The notes under the pieces are model-generated. The model made no database searches. It worked only from the letters and a program-made list of their open reading frames with translations, and was not told the DNA's origin. Source: Hydrolagus colliei (taxonomy: Eukaryota). Taken from it: 64,000 nt of DNA. Each line of letters begins with the position of its first letter. Within the stretch, counting starts at the first letter, position 1. The stretch spans positions 19,716,001-19,780,000 of the forward strand of contig CM068747.1 in the NCBI GenBank assembly GCA_035084275.1, read 5' to 3'. The translations under genes and the position numbers were made by a program. Positions 1 to 12,310 of this stretch are shown one piece after another.

Positions 1-3000
1 ATCCAATGCTTGTTGGTGAGTGTGAAGGCGGCGACGGGTCAAGATGCAATGAATCACAGGAAACGTAGTCTTGACCCAACACCACATAAGCACTTACTAA
101 CTGCATTGAATTATGTATATGCTGTGTAGATTATTGATTAAATCAAATTTTATACCAATTATACAAATTTGTCTGCAAATCAGACTTCGGATAAGTCATA
201 TTATATGTTATAATTCCGACTGATATGACTTAAGTGAATTTTACTGTACTGTATTAGCATAATGGCTGAGGGCTTTCAAATGTTTATTATAGTGTTTTAT
301 TTCTTCAGAAAACATTACTGCACACAATAAAGCTTGAGCTCAAATTTTGTTGTTGATGATTAAATCTAGATTTTTACAAGGGATGACAGAATTGAAACCT
401 TTATGGGGGTTATCCTGCAGCTGTTGGAAAATCATCTGTCTAGTATATTCCCAGTAGGATTTGGGATAAATAATTTGGGATTTTGATTGATTCTGTTATG
501 TTGTCCCCTATCCTACGTTATTGGGAATGAAAGTTTTTCTGCACCATGGTGCCAATTCTGATCAGCTGCTGCGGTCTTCCACCATGTCATTAGTCTTTTG
601 CCATGTGTGAAATTTAAAAATACTTGCTATGATAGAAAGCCACATGTTACATTACGTCAATGAAACTCGCTGTATGAAAGAGGACCACATGAGGCAGACA
701 CTGCAGGAACTGTTCAATAACCTCATGTCTGACTTCACTGCCAAGTTGGGGCTGGTCTGCACATTTTATATGTTGTATGAAAGAAAAAACCTTTACTGAA
801 AGAAGCAAGCCAAAGTACTGATTGAGAGAAACATGTTTACTGTATTTGAAACACAGGGGTCCAATTTGTTACTTGTGTTTACTCTGTAGTAAAAGCATGT
901 ACACGGATGGAATTTCAGGTGCCCTTATTTATGCAAATAGCAACTAATGAACAGGACAACTGTAGTCTATATTTTTGACTCTCTATTTGTGAATCTAAAG
1001 ATCAAATACCATAAATTCAAATCCAAAGTAGAACAACAACAAATTGCACTTATGGCTTCTCTTTCACACAATTAAACATCACAAAAGAAAGAAGGGTAAG
1101 AATGCCATGTCAGTGATAAGGAGGGGAAATACACAGGAGGTGCCTTTTTATCAAAGTGTTTCTCCATTTCAGAACAGATAATACAAATATAGGATTTTGT
1201 AAAAATGGAAACGATGAACTGGAAATTGTTTATTGGGCTATCCTCCCTTTGATACCTCAGACAAACCTTCTACATGTCAACAAGTGAAACAATATAGGAA
1301 TGTATTGCTGAATAATATCAAAAAGTATAATTGAGATCTTGTTTATTTGATCAGTTTTTCATTTGTTTTTCGCAGTCATACTAACATACAATGTATTTTA
1401 ATTTATATTAAATAATCAGAGAAAGTAAAGCAATGATAGAGATGATTGAATTAACAAAAATTCAATTTTAATACTTGTTTAGATGTGGAATGTTTCAAAG
1501 TGCACATACAAGTAAAGAATGAACACTCTCTTAGTGAGAGACAGTTCAGATTAGACCCTTAGGGACAGAGCTCAGCATGGACTGGCACTAATCCAGCTTG
1601 TTTATTTTGTGCTTGGAAGAGATATAAAGGTAATTACAGAAAATAATTTATACAATTATATAAACCATTGTGTTGTGAAATACTGTCCCTTACGCCCAGT
1701 TTCATACTCTAATAAATATGCCAGCCATTTGATCACATGTACTTTTGAACAGAGACTACACAAATCCCCCTCCCATGTCTATTACATTGCACACCAATTA
1801 TTTTTCATTTTAGTTTCAGTGACCAAGATTGGAATACTGGCCATGAATATCATTGACAAAAATAGTTGTTGTGCTCTTTCAAAACAACATCTTCAAAAGA
1901 TTACTTGGAAGGCACTAAGAGTTTAAAAACAGAATGTCAACCCCTTGCATACTATGAACCATGAAAGTAATTTGTTACAGATTTGGATAGCTCATTAAAT
2001 CCATTTGTACCAATCCCCAACTGCAGTGTCCGACTTGGATACAAAACATAAGGATTCCAGATGGTATAAAAGGAAAGCCAAGTGGTAGATGAATTAGTAT
2101 AATATAATTGATGATCTGAGACTACTGTACTAGTTCCACATATAGATTTTACTGCATTTGAACAGACCAAGGCATTCTTTTTATTATTGTTATCATTAAT
2201 GTATTGGATTTTCTTTGCACCTTTTAAAGTACATAATCTCTTTTCCCTACTATCTAGAAGATTGATGATCTGCTAATACAATGAAACACTGAAAAACGCA
2301 CAATAACAATGCAGAAAAATCCATTTTTACTTCTTTTTTTAGGAATAATGTGAGTAATTGAAAATGTGGCCCAGGTATTTTTTTAAAGGGAAGGTGAAAA
2401 CTCTGCATGGTGATATAAACTGACAAGGTTAGTTTGAATGCTCAGATTACTAAATATTATGAAAATGCCTCTTCATTAATTTTAATGAAGAGTTTAATAT
2501 ATTGTACTTAATTTTTATATGATGTATTTTGATTTAGGAAATTAATATGGGATTGGCCTAATGTAAATTAAGCTTTTATCCCCCCATCATTTTATATGTA
2601 TGTAATAAAGCCCTCTTAAGACCAATTGCAACGTGCCAGAAAAATACATTTATCCTACAATTGAAATTGATCTTCCAAGATATGATTATATTGATTACTT
2701 AAAGATAACATTCATACAGCAATTATTGTTTTTCTCCTAGATATGGTCAATAGCTTTTGAATAAACATTATTCTTCAGAATATTTACAACTCATATTTCT
2801 AACATAATGATGAAAAATAACCCTTGGCTTTGATATATAATATAATGACTGTGTATTTTGACGGTGAATGAGGCAGTTTATTTGCACATATCTATGGCCT
2901 ACAAATGATGAAGTGCATTAACATTTTTATTTGGGGGATTGTTGGCCACAACACTGGGAGAAACAAAGGTTCTCAGTGACAAAGGTTATGCCACAAATAC

Positions 3001-3227
3001 TACTTTTTATAGTTTGAATGGAAAATGTAAAAACAAATCTTCAAATGATAATTATCAAAACATTGCATTGCAAATGATAAGATGAAAACATTTAAATCAA
3101 ATAGCTTTTTACTAGATTATAGTCTTAAAATAAAGCCTGGAGTGGGATATAGAGAATAAAAGTTGGTGGGAGTGAGTTAAAACTCTGCACTATAACACTG
3201 TACATGTAATTTCTTGCAAACTATCTA

Positions 3228-3444
3228 CAGTGAAAGCCAGTTTCTCTGGCACCTGATCAACCGTAACTTCCGTATAACCGGCATTGCAAAAAAAAGGTCC
3301 GCATTCGATTAACCGGAATTTATCTGGAAAAATGTACTGAACTTTTTTGTTTTGTTTCTTTGCGTTTTCAGCCAAATATCCGGCACGCGCTTTAACCGCC
3401 ATTGGCCAGGTCCCCGAGGGTGCCGGATAAACAGGCTTTTACTG
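3228..3444. mobile_element. Tc1/mariner (Tigger/pogo-like) MITE, copy 1
   Basis: Starts TA|CAGTGAAAGCCAGTTTCTCTGGCACC and ends GGTGCCGGATAAACAGGCTTTTACTG|TG (~26-bp imperfect TIRs, TA target site). Reverse-complement homologue at 38264-38470. Confidence 0.85.
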
Positions 3445-5319
3445 TGTTACTTAAAAATTTCAGTACAGGATACCATTCATTTATTCATGTCCATGTTATA
3501 TATGGGAAGCCATTCAGCCTATCGAGTCTGTTTGGTCAGTTTATTAGATCACGGTAGATCTAATCTAATTTCCTCAAATTTTCCCCATATTTCTTGTGCC
3601 TTTAATTCCCAAGTACCAACCCCCTTTAAAATGTGCCCAGATTCATTGACAGTTTGCTTAGATTGTACTATGTAAGGCACTACATTGGTAAACCAGGCTT
3701 CCAGTGCTCACTAGCCAGCTTCTCACTTTAAAAAGCAGTGAAATTCTACGTCAGTTTCAGCGCCTTGGGCCGTCCTCCTAGTATGAAAGCCGTTATGTCA
3801 ATGTCATTTTGTTGTTATTGTTGTTGTTGTTATCATCAGGAATTGCTACTCCGATCCAATTTTTGAAACCCTCAGTTTTGGGTTCTCAACAACAATAACT
3901 TTGATTTGTACAGCGCCCTCCACGCCAGACGGCGTCTCAGAGCACTTCTCCCATGTACAGAGCAACACCTTTCCTGAAAAAACAAAATTATCGCCTGACC
4001 AGGCAATGCCTGAAATGGACAGTGTGGAGTTTAGCACCTGCCTTATTACACATGGCATTGCTTGCTTCATGCACGTCCACCATGCACTCAATGATGTTGC
4101 AGTGATTATAACCTAATCATTGATTGTTCATACTGTGACATACTAACTGCTTGCATTGCGCTGGCCATGTGCTATGACTTATGGTGAAGGTACAATAAAT
4201 AGACCAGTAACAGAAGAAATCTACCTCCACAAATTCCACAGTACATGCTGTAAAATATAAATATGTAGTTGGGAATGAGTTCCAGGCATGAATTCATGAA
4301 TCAGGTTCAGATGACAGTAATATGCTTTGCTTTGCTGCACCTGAGCTCCTTGATGAGACCCTCTACCTCACAATCACTTCTCAGTACTTAGTGTTGTGTA
4401 TGCAATACAAGCAAGCCATTCTTATGCTGTTATACAGCAACAGATCAAAGTTTACATGGTTTATGCAGCTGTCAAAATGCTGCAATTGTTTTTGTCTCTA
4501 TGAGATGCCTAACCATTTTAATTTTATTATAACATAGTGTTCCAGTACAATATTTCTGTGTTAAAAATATGAAAGACTTTATCTACAGAAACACATGTTG
4601 TGAAGCCATTGTAGCCATTTTGGTTGCACATTGCTTATAGTGTAGTACATTAGGTTTGTTGCCACAATTAGGCATACACGGGGGGGCAAAGCACTTTTAA
4701 AGGTTCCTGCGATGTACTGTAATTGATTCAGGATTTGTCAATGGAATTTAGTTGGGCTCTTGGGGAAATGGGGCACAACAGGTTCTCCTCAAATTAGCCC
4801 TGCTGATTCACATCACTGTGGCTTGCGTGACTTGAGGCCGGCCACTGTTGTGTTGTATTCTTTCTTGTGATGAGCTTGTTTTAACCAGTACAATTTGTAC
4901 TGGTCTGTGACCTACAGGAGACCGCAATCTCAACAAAGTAAAGGCATCAGGCATGGGGTTGAAGTGAGTCAAGTGGATATTTTGATAAATAAGCTGATGT
5001 TGAACTTTACGAAATGTTGTTCAGTAGTACTAGTAGTGGTATAGGCCATGCTGGGTGATGCTTCACTTTTTTTTGTGCTTAACATCCGAGTTCACTCCTT
5101 AAGTAACTTAATGAAGTACCCTAACTATCATTTCAGGATGGCTTTATCCATGATTTACAAAATATAGATACTATGGTCCATTCGGTGGTATTTCTTGATG
5201 AAATTTCTTAATTAAAAAATCCAAGTCTACAATTCATAAGAACGCCACACCCACTCAGTTTTCATAGTAAATGCAGGGACTAATCTTTCTAGAAAATGCT
5301 ACGAAATATAATGATACTG

Positions 5320-5638
5320 TAATAATAATCCTTGCATTTGATATATCGCTTTTCACATCTTATCGATGTCTCAAAGCGCTTCACAGAATATACTGTAAAA
5401 TGAATTGACTGTATATTTGTGGGCGAAACGCAGCAGCTGATTGTGCACAGCAGTGTCCCACAAACAGTCATGGATTGAAATGACCAATTTTTATTATTGT
5501 GGGTTTTTTGGACGGATTATTATTAGGCATGTGGAGTCAGGAAACTTGCTCAAGGTTTCACCCTGATCTGCCTGGAGTCAAACACAGGTCTCACGCTTGT
5601 AAGGCGAGTGCTCTAACCACTGAGCTTCAGGAGCTCTA
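5320..5638 (-). mobile_element. tRNA-headed SINE with L2-type 3' tail (family S1), near full length
   Basis: Plus strand shows the (TAA)n-CCTTGCATTTGATAT..TCTCAAAGCGCTTCACAGAATATACTGTAAA tail and the head ..GCTTGTAAGGCGAGTGCTCTAACCACTGAGCT; aligns by eye with copies at 8273, 18263, 26893 and 34140. Confidence 0.85.
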
Positions 5639-6084
5639 TAACAGCATGGTTCAAATCAAAAGGTACAATAGCATTTTAGTTCAAGTCAAAGGATTTGATC
5701 ACAGTATCCCCATTGTCCATCACTGTCTTGCTTGTCACTTACTGCTGGCAAAAAGGAAGTAGGATGGAAAATGGAATACAACCATTCCCACAAACTCCAG
5801 CTGTATAGTTTATACTGAAGTGTGTTTCAAGAACGTAACTCTTCTCAAAGTTGAGACGACATTGATAAAGTAGTTGAGCTGTTTTTGCTGTCAACTGCTC
5901 AGTGTGTTACTGCCTTGTAACACACTCCAGTCTGTGTTTACAGCAACATTTCTGTTGTGCAACACTTCATACAGTAACCTGAATGATGATTTACTGAATT
6001 AAATTGTTGGTACAAATTTTTAACAAGCTTTACCTTTTCTCTATTGCTCATTTACTTCATGGCTGTCTGTGGAACATTGCCATG

Positions 6085-6206
6085 TACAAATATGCCATTG
6101 TTGTCATGTACAATACATAGTCATCACACCTTACAGTAAATCCTGTGAAGCACATTGAGATGTTATCCAAACATGAAAAGGATATATCAAATGCAAGGGT
6201 TATTAT
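6085..6206 (+). mobile_element. SINE 3' tail fragment
   Basis: TTACAGTAAATCCTGTGAAGCACATTGAGATG..GATATATCAAATGCAAGGGTTATTAT matches the shared SINE tail. Confidence 0.7.
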
Positions 6207-8272
6207 ATCGTTATATTTTCTATTAAATGATAAAATCAAATGGGAACATTTTAATACTTAGGAGATCCTGCTCTTTGAAATAATACTGTGGATCTTCAGA
6301 TCTTGTGTCATCCAAGATACAACAGCTTTTGTAAAGTTTCACTAGTTCACCGGAGTGGAGTCTCAATCTCCGAGTGTAGATTATGATCTGAACTCCTTGA
6401 TATGGGGCTCCACCCATAATCTATGACATGCCATCCTGAAGCAACTGCCACATTTTGAAAAACAGGATCAATTTATAATGTTACAACAATGAACGATTTA
6501 CACTTCTTTTAAATTTCTTATTGGTTGACACCATAGAAAGGATAACGGAAGACTATCTTCCAAATGAAACAATACAGTAATTATACTTTTAAGTTTTAGG
6601 TCAATCAGGAGATTTGCTTTATAACTTAGCTTATGTACTATAAAGTAAAACATTCCAGCAATTCAGTTTTAAATGATAGGAACCCATAGAATATAAGAAC
6701 ACGAGGATCAACAAAAGGCAATTTGGTTTATCTATATAGGATTCTTACAATATAATACTTTTATTGACACTTATATAGTGTGTTTCATATTGGGAGAGAA
6801 CATCCCAAGGTGTTTGAAAGAAGATTATCCCCATCTCCACGGGATGAAGCAAGTTTTGCTTGGTCTGGGGATGCAGTGGATTTGATGGGCTGAATAACTT
6901 TGTCTCGTTGCTTTATTTATTGTGGTTCTTATCAGTTTTAACATATGTGAATATTTTGGCAATTGAAATGACAAATATAATCAATAGCAGAAGTTTATTA
7001 TCATTTAAAAATATTTGGCAAACTTGCTTCAAAAAACTCCAATAATTCTGCCAATTGCATCAGCGAGAAAAGTTGTAAATTTTAGTTGTCATGGGAAAGC
7101 ACATTTTGTTATAAAATGTGTAACAGATGAAAATTAAAATCGTTTATCAGAAAAAGAAAAATTCTCATTGTGACAAAAAACACCTGTAACTTTGCAGAAG
7201 GTCTGCATCAACACATCAATTTTACATGCCATCCACAGCAGTGACCCAAGCTCGACCCTTTAACCTCTTGTGACTTTGTGTGCTGTCCACCTGGCAAAGT
7301 GCTCAGCAAAGCCCAAAACATACAACATAATCTGCTAGCATCTAGTACACTTGACATTTCAGAAAGTGCCCACTTAATCACATCACACTTACTCTTGCAC
7401 ACTACATGTGGTTTGACTTTGCACCCACTTTTCCTCTTGAGGACTTAGTTAGCACAAGGCAACACCTGTGTTACATTAGTACATAGGCAGCTCAAAAGCC
7501 TTGATAGAATTAATTGTTCTGTGCTACTTGTAGCTGATCAAGTAACTTCAGTTGTCATAATGTGTAACTCATAAAATACAGTGTTATACTGCGCTAAAAG
7601 AAATATATGGTTTAGATAAACTAAGGGTGCAATACAAAGTATGTATAGAATGCACACCACTAATAACGCTGCCATCTCCAAGCACCTGAAATACTTCATG
7701 GCAAGCAGATTGTTGTCATTCCACGATGAGAAAGCAAATGTGAAAACCTGAGTGGTCTGTAGAAGTGGTCTTGGAGGGCAGGCAAGGTTTGCTAGGGTTG
7801 CCCTGTTTTAGCCTGGTTTAATTTCATGGTTCCAGTTGTCGGAATGATTTGTAGACCAGTCTGGTACTAGGGAGATACCTGCTGTGCTTCCTGTTCCCAG
7901 TGGATTTTGTGTAAGCATCTGTCTACATACCCATTTTACACTTAAAAAAGATGAAGCAATTTCGTAGAAAACTGCACTCCAGAAAATCATTAATTGCACT
8001 CCAAAATGAGTTAAATTCAATATCTCAACTTCATTATTTTAGCTAAAGTACAGATACTATAGTTATACCTAGTACTGTAAAACCACTTTCAATAAACACC
8101 CTCAAACATATGGTCATGAAGCACCTGCTTTTGATCTATGATGGTACTTTGGGAATACCTTGGGATTACAAAAAAATGTTCAGAACCCAGGTGCAGCATG
8201 GATGATACTCTGAGGTTGGAATACACCAGAGCCATTGTAGTATATGAACAGAACAGATATATGCAGGTTTGC

Positions 8273-8577
8273 AATAATAATAATCATTTTTGCATTTGAT
8301 ATAGCGCTGTCACAACTTCTAGACGTTTCAAAGCGCTTCACAGAATATACTGTAAAGTGAATTGACTATATATATTGTGGGTGAAACGCGGCAGACATTT
8401 GCACACAGCAGTGTCCCACAAACAGTCGTTGATTTAAATGACCAATTTATTGTTGTGTATTTTTGAAGGATTATTATTAGGCTCGTGGAATAAGAAATAA
8501 GGAAATGTCTCTGGAATCGAACCCAGGTCTCTCGCTTGCAAGGCGAGTGCTCTAACCACTGAGTTACCGGACTCCAC
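8273..8577 (-). mobile_element. tRNA-headed SINE (family S1), best preserved head
   Basis: Minus strand begins GTGGAGTCCGGTAACTCAGTGGTTAGAGCACTCGCCTTGCAAGCGAGAGACCTGGGTTCGATTCC (A box, anticodon-like stem-loop, B box) and ends in the shared tail plus (TTA)n. Confidence 0.9.
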
Positions 8578-9051
8578 AAAACAACTATGTAAAAATCTAG
8601 AATGCAATATATTGCACTGAAATTATTTTTTAAAAAGACAAAACTCCATTATCTCAGTGGAGACTGTGGCATTGTTTTTACTCCCCAAAGAAACAACAAT
8701 GATTTTACAGTTTGATTCAGAGGAAATGTTACAAAGTCTCACGTTTCTAGATTTCCCACATTACAAAGGAATTTCAGCATCATCCGTTTAGCTACTCATG
8801 CCTAGATACCAAGACTCACTTGTCACATACTGTCCACACTGTATTATATCTTGCTGTACTGTATTGGTAAAACTACAGTAGCAAAAATGTTTTGACCTGT
8901 TTACTACCTTAACAAATGATGCAAAATTGAGCAATGATTTCCTTATTGAACTCATAGTCTTTTCTGGTTTTGTGTAGTCCTGTTTCTGCAGAAATCCACA
9001 ACCAGATCAAGCCTGTGATATGACCCTTCTAACTTAAAACAACAAACTGCT

Positions 9052-9109
9052 TCTATATGATGATTTATGTCTACTTTGGCTCTACATGATGATTTATGTC
9101 TATTTTGGC
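9052..9109. repeat. 29-bp tandem duplication (2 copies)
   Basis: TCTATATGATGATTTATGTCTACTTTGGC followed by TCTACATGATGATTTATGTCTATTTTGGC (2 mismatches). Confidence 0.9.
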
Positions 9110-10232
9110 TGCCTGAGGAGTGTGCTTATTTTATAATTCACTTTTCGTGTGATATATTATAGGGATTGATGTCCTCTCCAGATTTTTTATATATTTCCAA
9201 CATATATATTTGTCACTGTACATGATGCTAAATTAAAGATACCTACACTCTTTTATAATAAACACAATTGGAGTTCAATATGCAGCAATTTCTTAACAAG
9301 GAAGTAGTTAATCACTCATGGGAACTCCATTCTAATTTTGGAGGGACGTTTCAGCGCTTCAATGTGATGATAATTCTGGGAATCCCCACTTTGTTTCTTT
9401 CTTAAAAATCACCAAGAATCTATACTACCAACTGAGCCAGGTAATACATAATCTTCAACTTGATTTACCTGTAGAAGTTATTGAAGTTCTAAATAGATTT
9501 TTATCTCAAAAGCATGCAGTGTGGAACATTCCATCAGACTGAATGACGCTTTTCCAAATTACTCTTAATCAATAGGATATGTTTCATGACAACAGTGCAA
9601 ATTATATACAGTATTTACTTACAATAAAATAGTTAGGTTGGAATATTGATTTCTGAAGTAGTTATTATGGGGTAAACAGCATGGTGGAAGAATCTATTCA
9701 TATTAAAATGTATTTAACTGAAATTTAAGAAATCCCCAAAGATTTCAGAGTCATGATTCAACTATAATAGTGAAGAATTAAATGTAAAGTGAATCCTTGG
9801 GGTCTTACAACAGCAGTTTACGTGCAACAGTGGGAGTTAGAAATTTTTTATGGAAACACTTCTCCAGATTAATATAGAATGGATGAGTTATGGTTCCAGG
9901 TGATCAAGAAATTTGCATGTCTAGTTAAAGGCATCTAGCTGATTGTCGCTTTCAACATGCAGTACAGTAATGTGAGGTTATGTCATACATTTAATAACCA
10001 AAATAGGATTAGAAGAAATAAGAGAAGAGAAAGTTAGAAAGAGCAGAAACACAAATGATACAGATTCCGATTTTGAAAGGGAAATGTGAGAAAAACAAAT
10101 AAATTCAATTAATTCTGGATATCATTCATCATAACCGAATGGGGATAAATTTGAAATCCAGTCATTTTGCTTTAAAAATCTATAAATAAAGTATATAGCA
10201 ATCTAATACTCATATGTTAAGGCTGCCAAGAA

Positions 10233-10432
10233 ATTATAGAATTATAGAATCATAGAGCATTGACACCATTCGGCCCATTGTGCCCATGCCAACTCTTTGA
10301 AAGAGTTACTCAAATTAATCCCACATCGGCTCTCCCTGTAGCCATGAAAATTTGTCCTCCACCAATATTTATTCACTTCTCTCTTGAAAGTTGTTATTGA
10401 ATCTGCTTCCACCACCTTTCAGTCAGTGCAAT
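10233..10432 (-). mobile_element. CR1-like LINE 3' end fragment
   Basis: (ATAGAAT)n tail followed by CCATTCGGCCCATTGTGCC; reverse homologue of the 3' end at 11490-11692. Confidence 0.75.
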
Positions 10433-10630
10433 ACATTTGAAATATTAATGGAAATATTTTCAGTGTCAACAACATTTACATAGATTTTACCCAATTTTGT
10501 CGCAAAAAGTAAATGTTCGGTTAAGTGGTCAAGCCTGATAGAGATTTCACCCAGTCATATACAGTATATTGTTTATCAGACTAATACAATGGAATCAATT
10601 TAGATAGCTAATGTAATTCAACTAATTAAA

Positions 10631-10818
10631 TAATAATAATAATAATCCTTGCATTTGATATAGTGCTTTTCACGTCTTCTAGACATGTCAAAACGCTTCA
10701 CAGAACATATTGTAGCGTGTAAAGTGAATTGACTATATATTTTGTAGGTGAAACGCGGGAGCCAATTGTGCACAGCAGTGTCTCACAAGCAGTCATGGAT
10801 TGAAAATGACCAATTTTA
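10631..10818 (-). mobile_element. 5'-truncated SINE (family S1 body and tail)
   Basis: (TAA)n CCTTGCATTTGATATAGTGC..GCCAATTGTGCACAGCAGTGTCTCACAAGCAGTCATGGATTGAAAATGACCAA. Confidence 0.85.
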
Positions 10819-11489
10819 CTGTATTTGCTGCTCACAATATAGTTTTTTATTTTCAATCTTACTAAACTTTTTAAAAGGCCACCTTGTTGTCCACATGGCT
10901 AACTCTTTAACGTCAATGAAGTCCTTAAACTATGTACATGTATTCTAACATTTCTGTAATCTTGAATTTCAGCAACAACATAACTGTTTATGGTGGAATT
11001 TCGGGAGTTCACACGACTGAATAATTAATTTATCCTATTTCTCTTTTGGGGATTTCTATCCCTCACAAATGTTTAGCAAAAATAAAGAAAGGAATCTATT
11101 TAGCTTGTTAAAATCTTGTTGAATTGAAAAGGGATTAATTAATGAGTTTTCAAAGTAGAGTATCATCAGATCAGTGACAAAAGTGTATATTGTAATACGG
11201 AGAAGGTTATTTGCTAAGTGTTTGCAAGTAATGAGTTTATTGCTATGTAGAAGGAGGAAGCGGTGAGAGCTTGAAGATGTAGTGTAATTTTGAAACTTTT
11301 CAAAGTAATTTAATGTTCCTTTTTTTGCAAGTCACAAAAGGTCTAGAAAAGATCTCTACTCCGTAGTTGGTGCAAATGTATTGCCGCCATCCAATTACAT
11401 CTAGCCACTGGCAACAACTATAAGAAGCAGGGAACAGGTACTAATAGTCTCAGTGTCTATCTACACCAACAAGCACAGTCTGCGTCAGG

Positions 11490-11692
11490 AAGTGGCACTC
11501 TCTCTCATCTAGATGCCAGGTATGTCTACCTCTCTTTTAAAAGAGAGAACATTTATTTGGGAAGGACAGATTTACACGGTTATGAGGAGAGAGCTGGGGA
11601 GTGGGATTGAATTGCTCTTTTTAAAGAGCTAGCCCAAACTCGATGCGCCGAATGGCCTCCTTTTGTGCCATAAGATTCTATGATTCTATGAT
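11490..11692 (+). mobile_element. CR1-like LINE 3' end fragment
   Basis: GCCGAATGGCCTCCTTTTGTGCC followed by the octamer tail GATTCTATGATTCTATGATT typical of the CR1 clade. Confidence 0.8.
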
Positions 11693-11704
11693 TAGTTGGT
11701 CATA

Positions 11705-12295
11705 CTCTGAACTAGCACTCCAGTCCAGAAGTGCTGCATTGACGGATGCGGTTTTTCATTTGAGATGTTACTTAGAGCCTTCACGGTCTTGCCATTCCCC
11801 TACCTCTCCAAACTGCTATCCCCCTATGAACCTTCCCGCCTGCTCCATTCAGCGGGCTCTGGCCTGCTCCGTATCCCCCGCCCGACCCTCCCTACCATCG
11901 GCAGACAGGCTTTCAGCCTCTCTGCCCCCACACTCTGGAACTGCATCCCAAAATCCCTCCCTCCCTCTCCTCCTACAAGGTTGGCTTCAAGAACCTCTTA
12001 TTCGACCGTGCCATCTGCTGCCCTCCCAACTTCTCTCCCTCCCCTCCTAACTCTCTCCCGCCCCTCCCCCTTGCCCTGCCCCTCTCCCTTGCTCGGGTCC
12101 CATCCTGACTGTTCAGCACCTTGGGACATCTTCTCAATATGAAAGGCGCTCTATAAGTGTAATTTTTTTTAAAAAAAATTTTGTTGTTGTTGTTGTTGTA
12201 GCGGTCTTTTCTGCTTGTTTAAGTGCATCTTAAAGATTGCATGACCCTTTAGAAAAAGCAGGGCAATTTTTGGGTTTCCTAGCCAATAATGTTCC
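11705..12295 (+). mobile_element. Deu-domain SINE relic split by an L2 insertion (halves ~11705-11770 and ~12200-12295)
   Basis: GTGCTGCATTGACGGATGCGGTTTTTCATTTGAGATGTTA on the left resumes as CTGCTTGTTTAAGTGCATCTTAAAGATTGCATGAC..AAAGCAGGGCA..CCTAGCCAA on the right, colinear with 16480-16620. Confidence 0.65.
11772..12198 (+). mobile_element. L2 LINE 3' fragment (ORF2 C-terminus and 3' UTR)
   Basis: Translates to PYLSKLLSPYEPSRLLHSAGSGLLRIPRPTLPTIGRQAFSLSAPTLWNCIP (L2 ORF2 C-terminus); ends GAAAGGCGCTCTATAAGTGTAA..(TTG)n. Confidence 0.9.
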
Positions 12296-12310
12296 AATTT
12301 TTGACAATGA

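Noticed and set aside
140-250. Possible Tigger-like terminus ending TTTTACTGTA
   Set aside because: No matching opposite TIR could be identified with confidence.
8512-8577. tRNA-Ala gene
   Set aside because: No proper acceptor stem, and it runs directly into the repeated SINE body; it is a SINE head.
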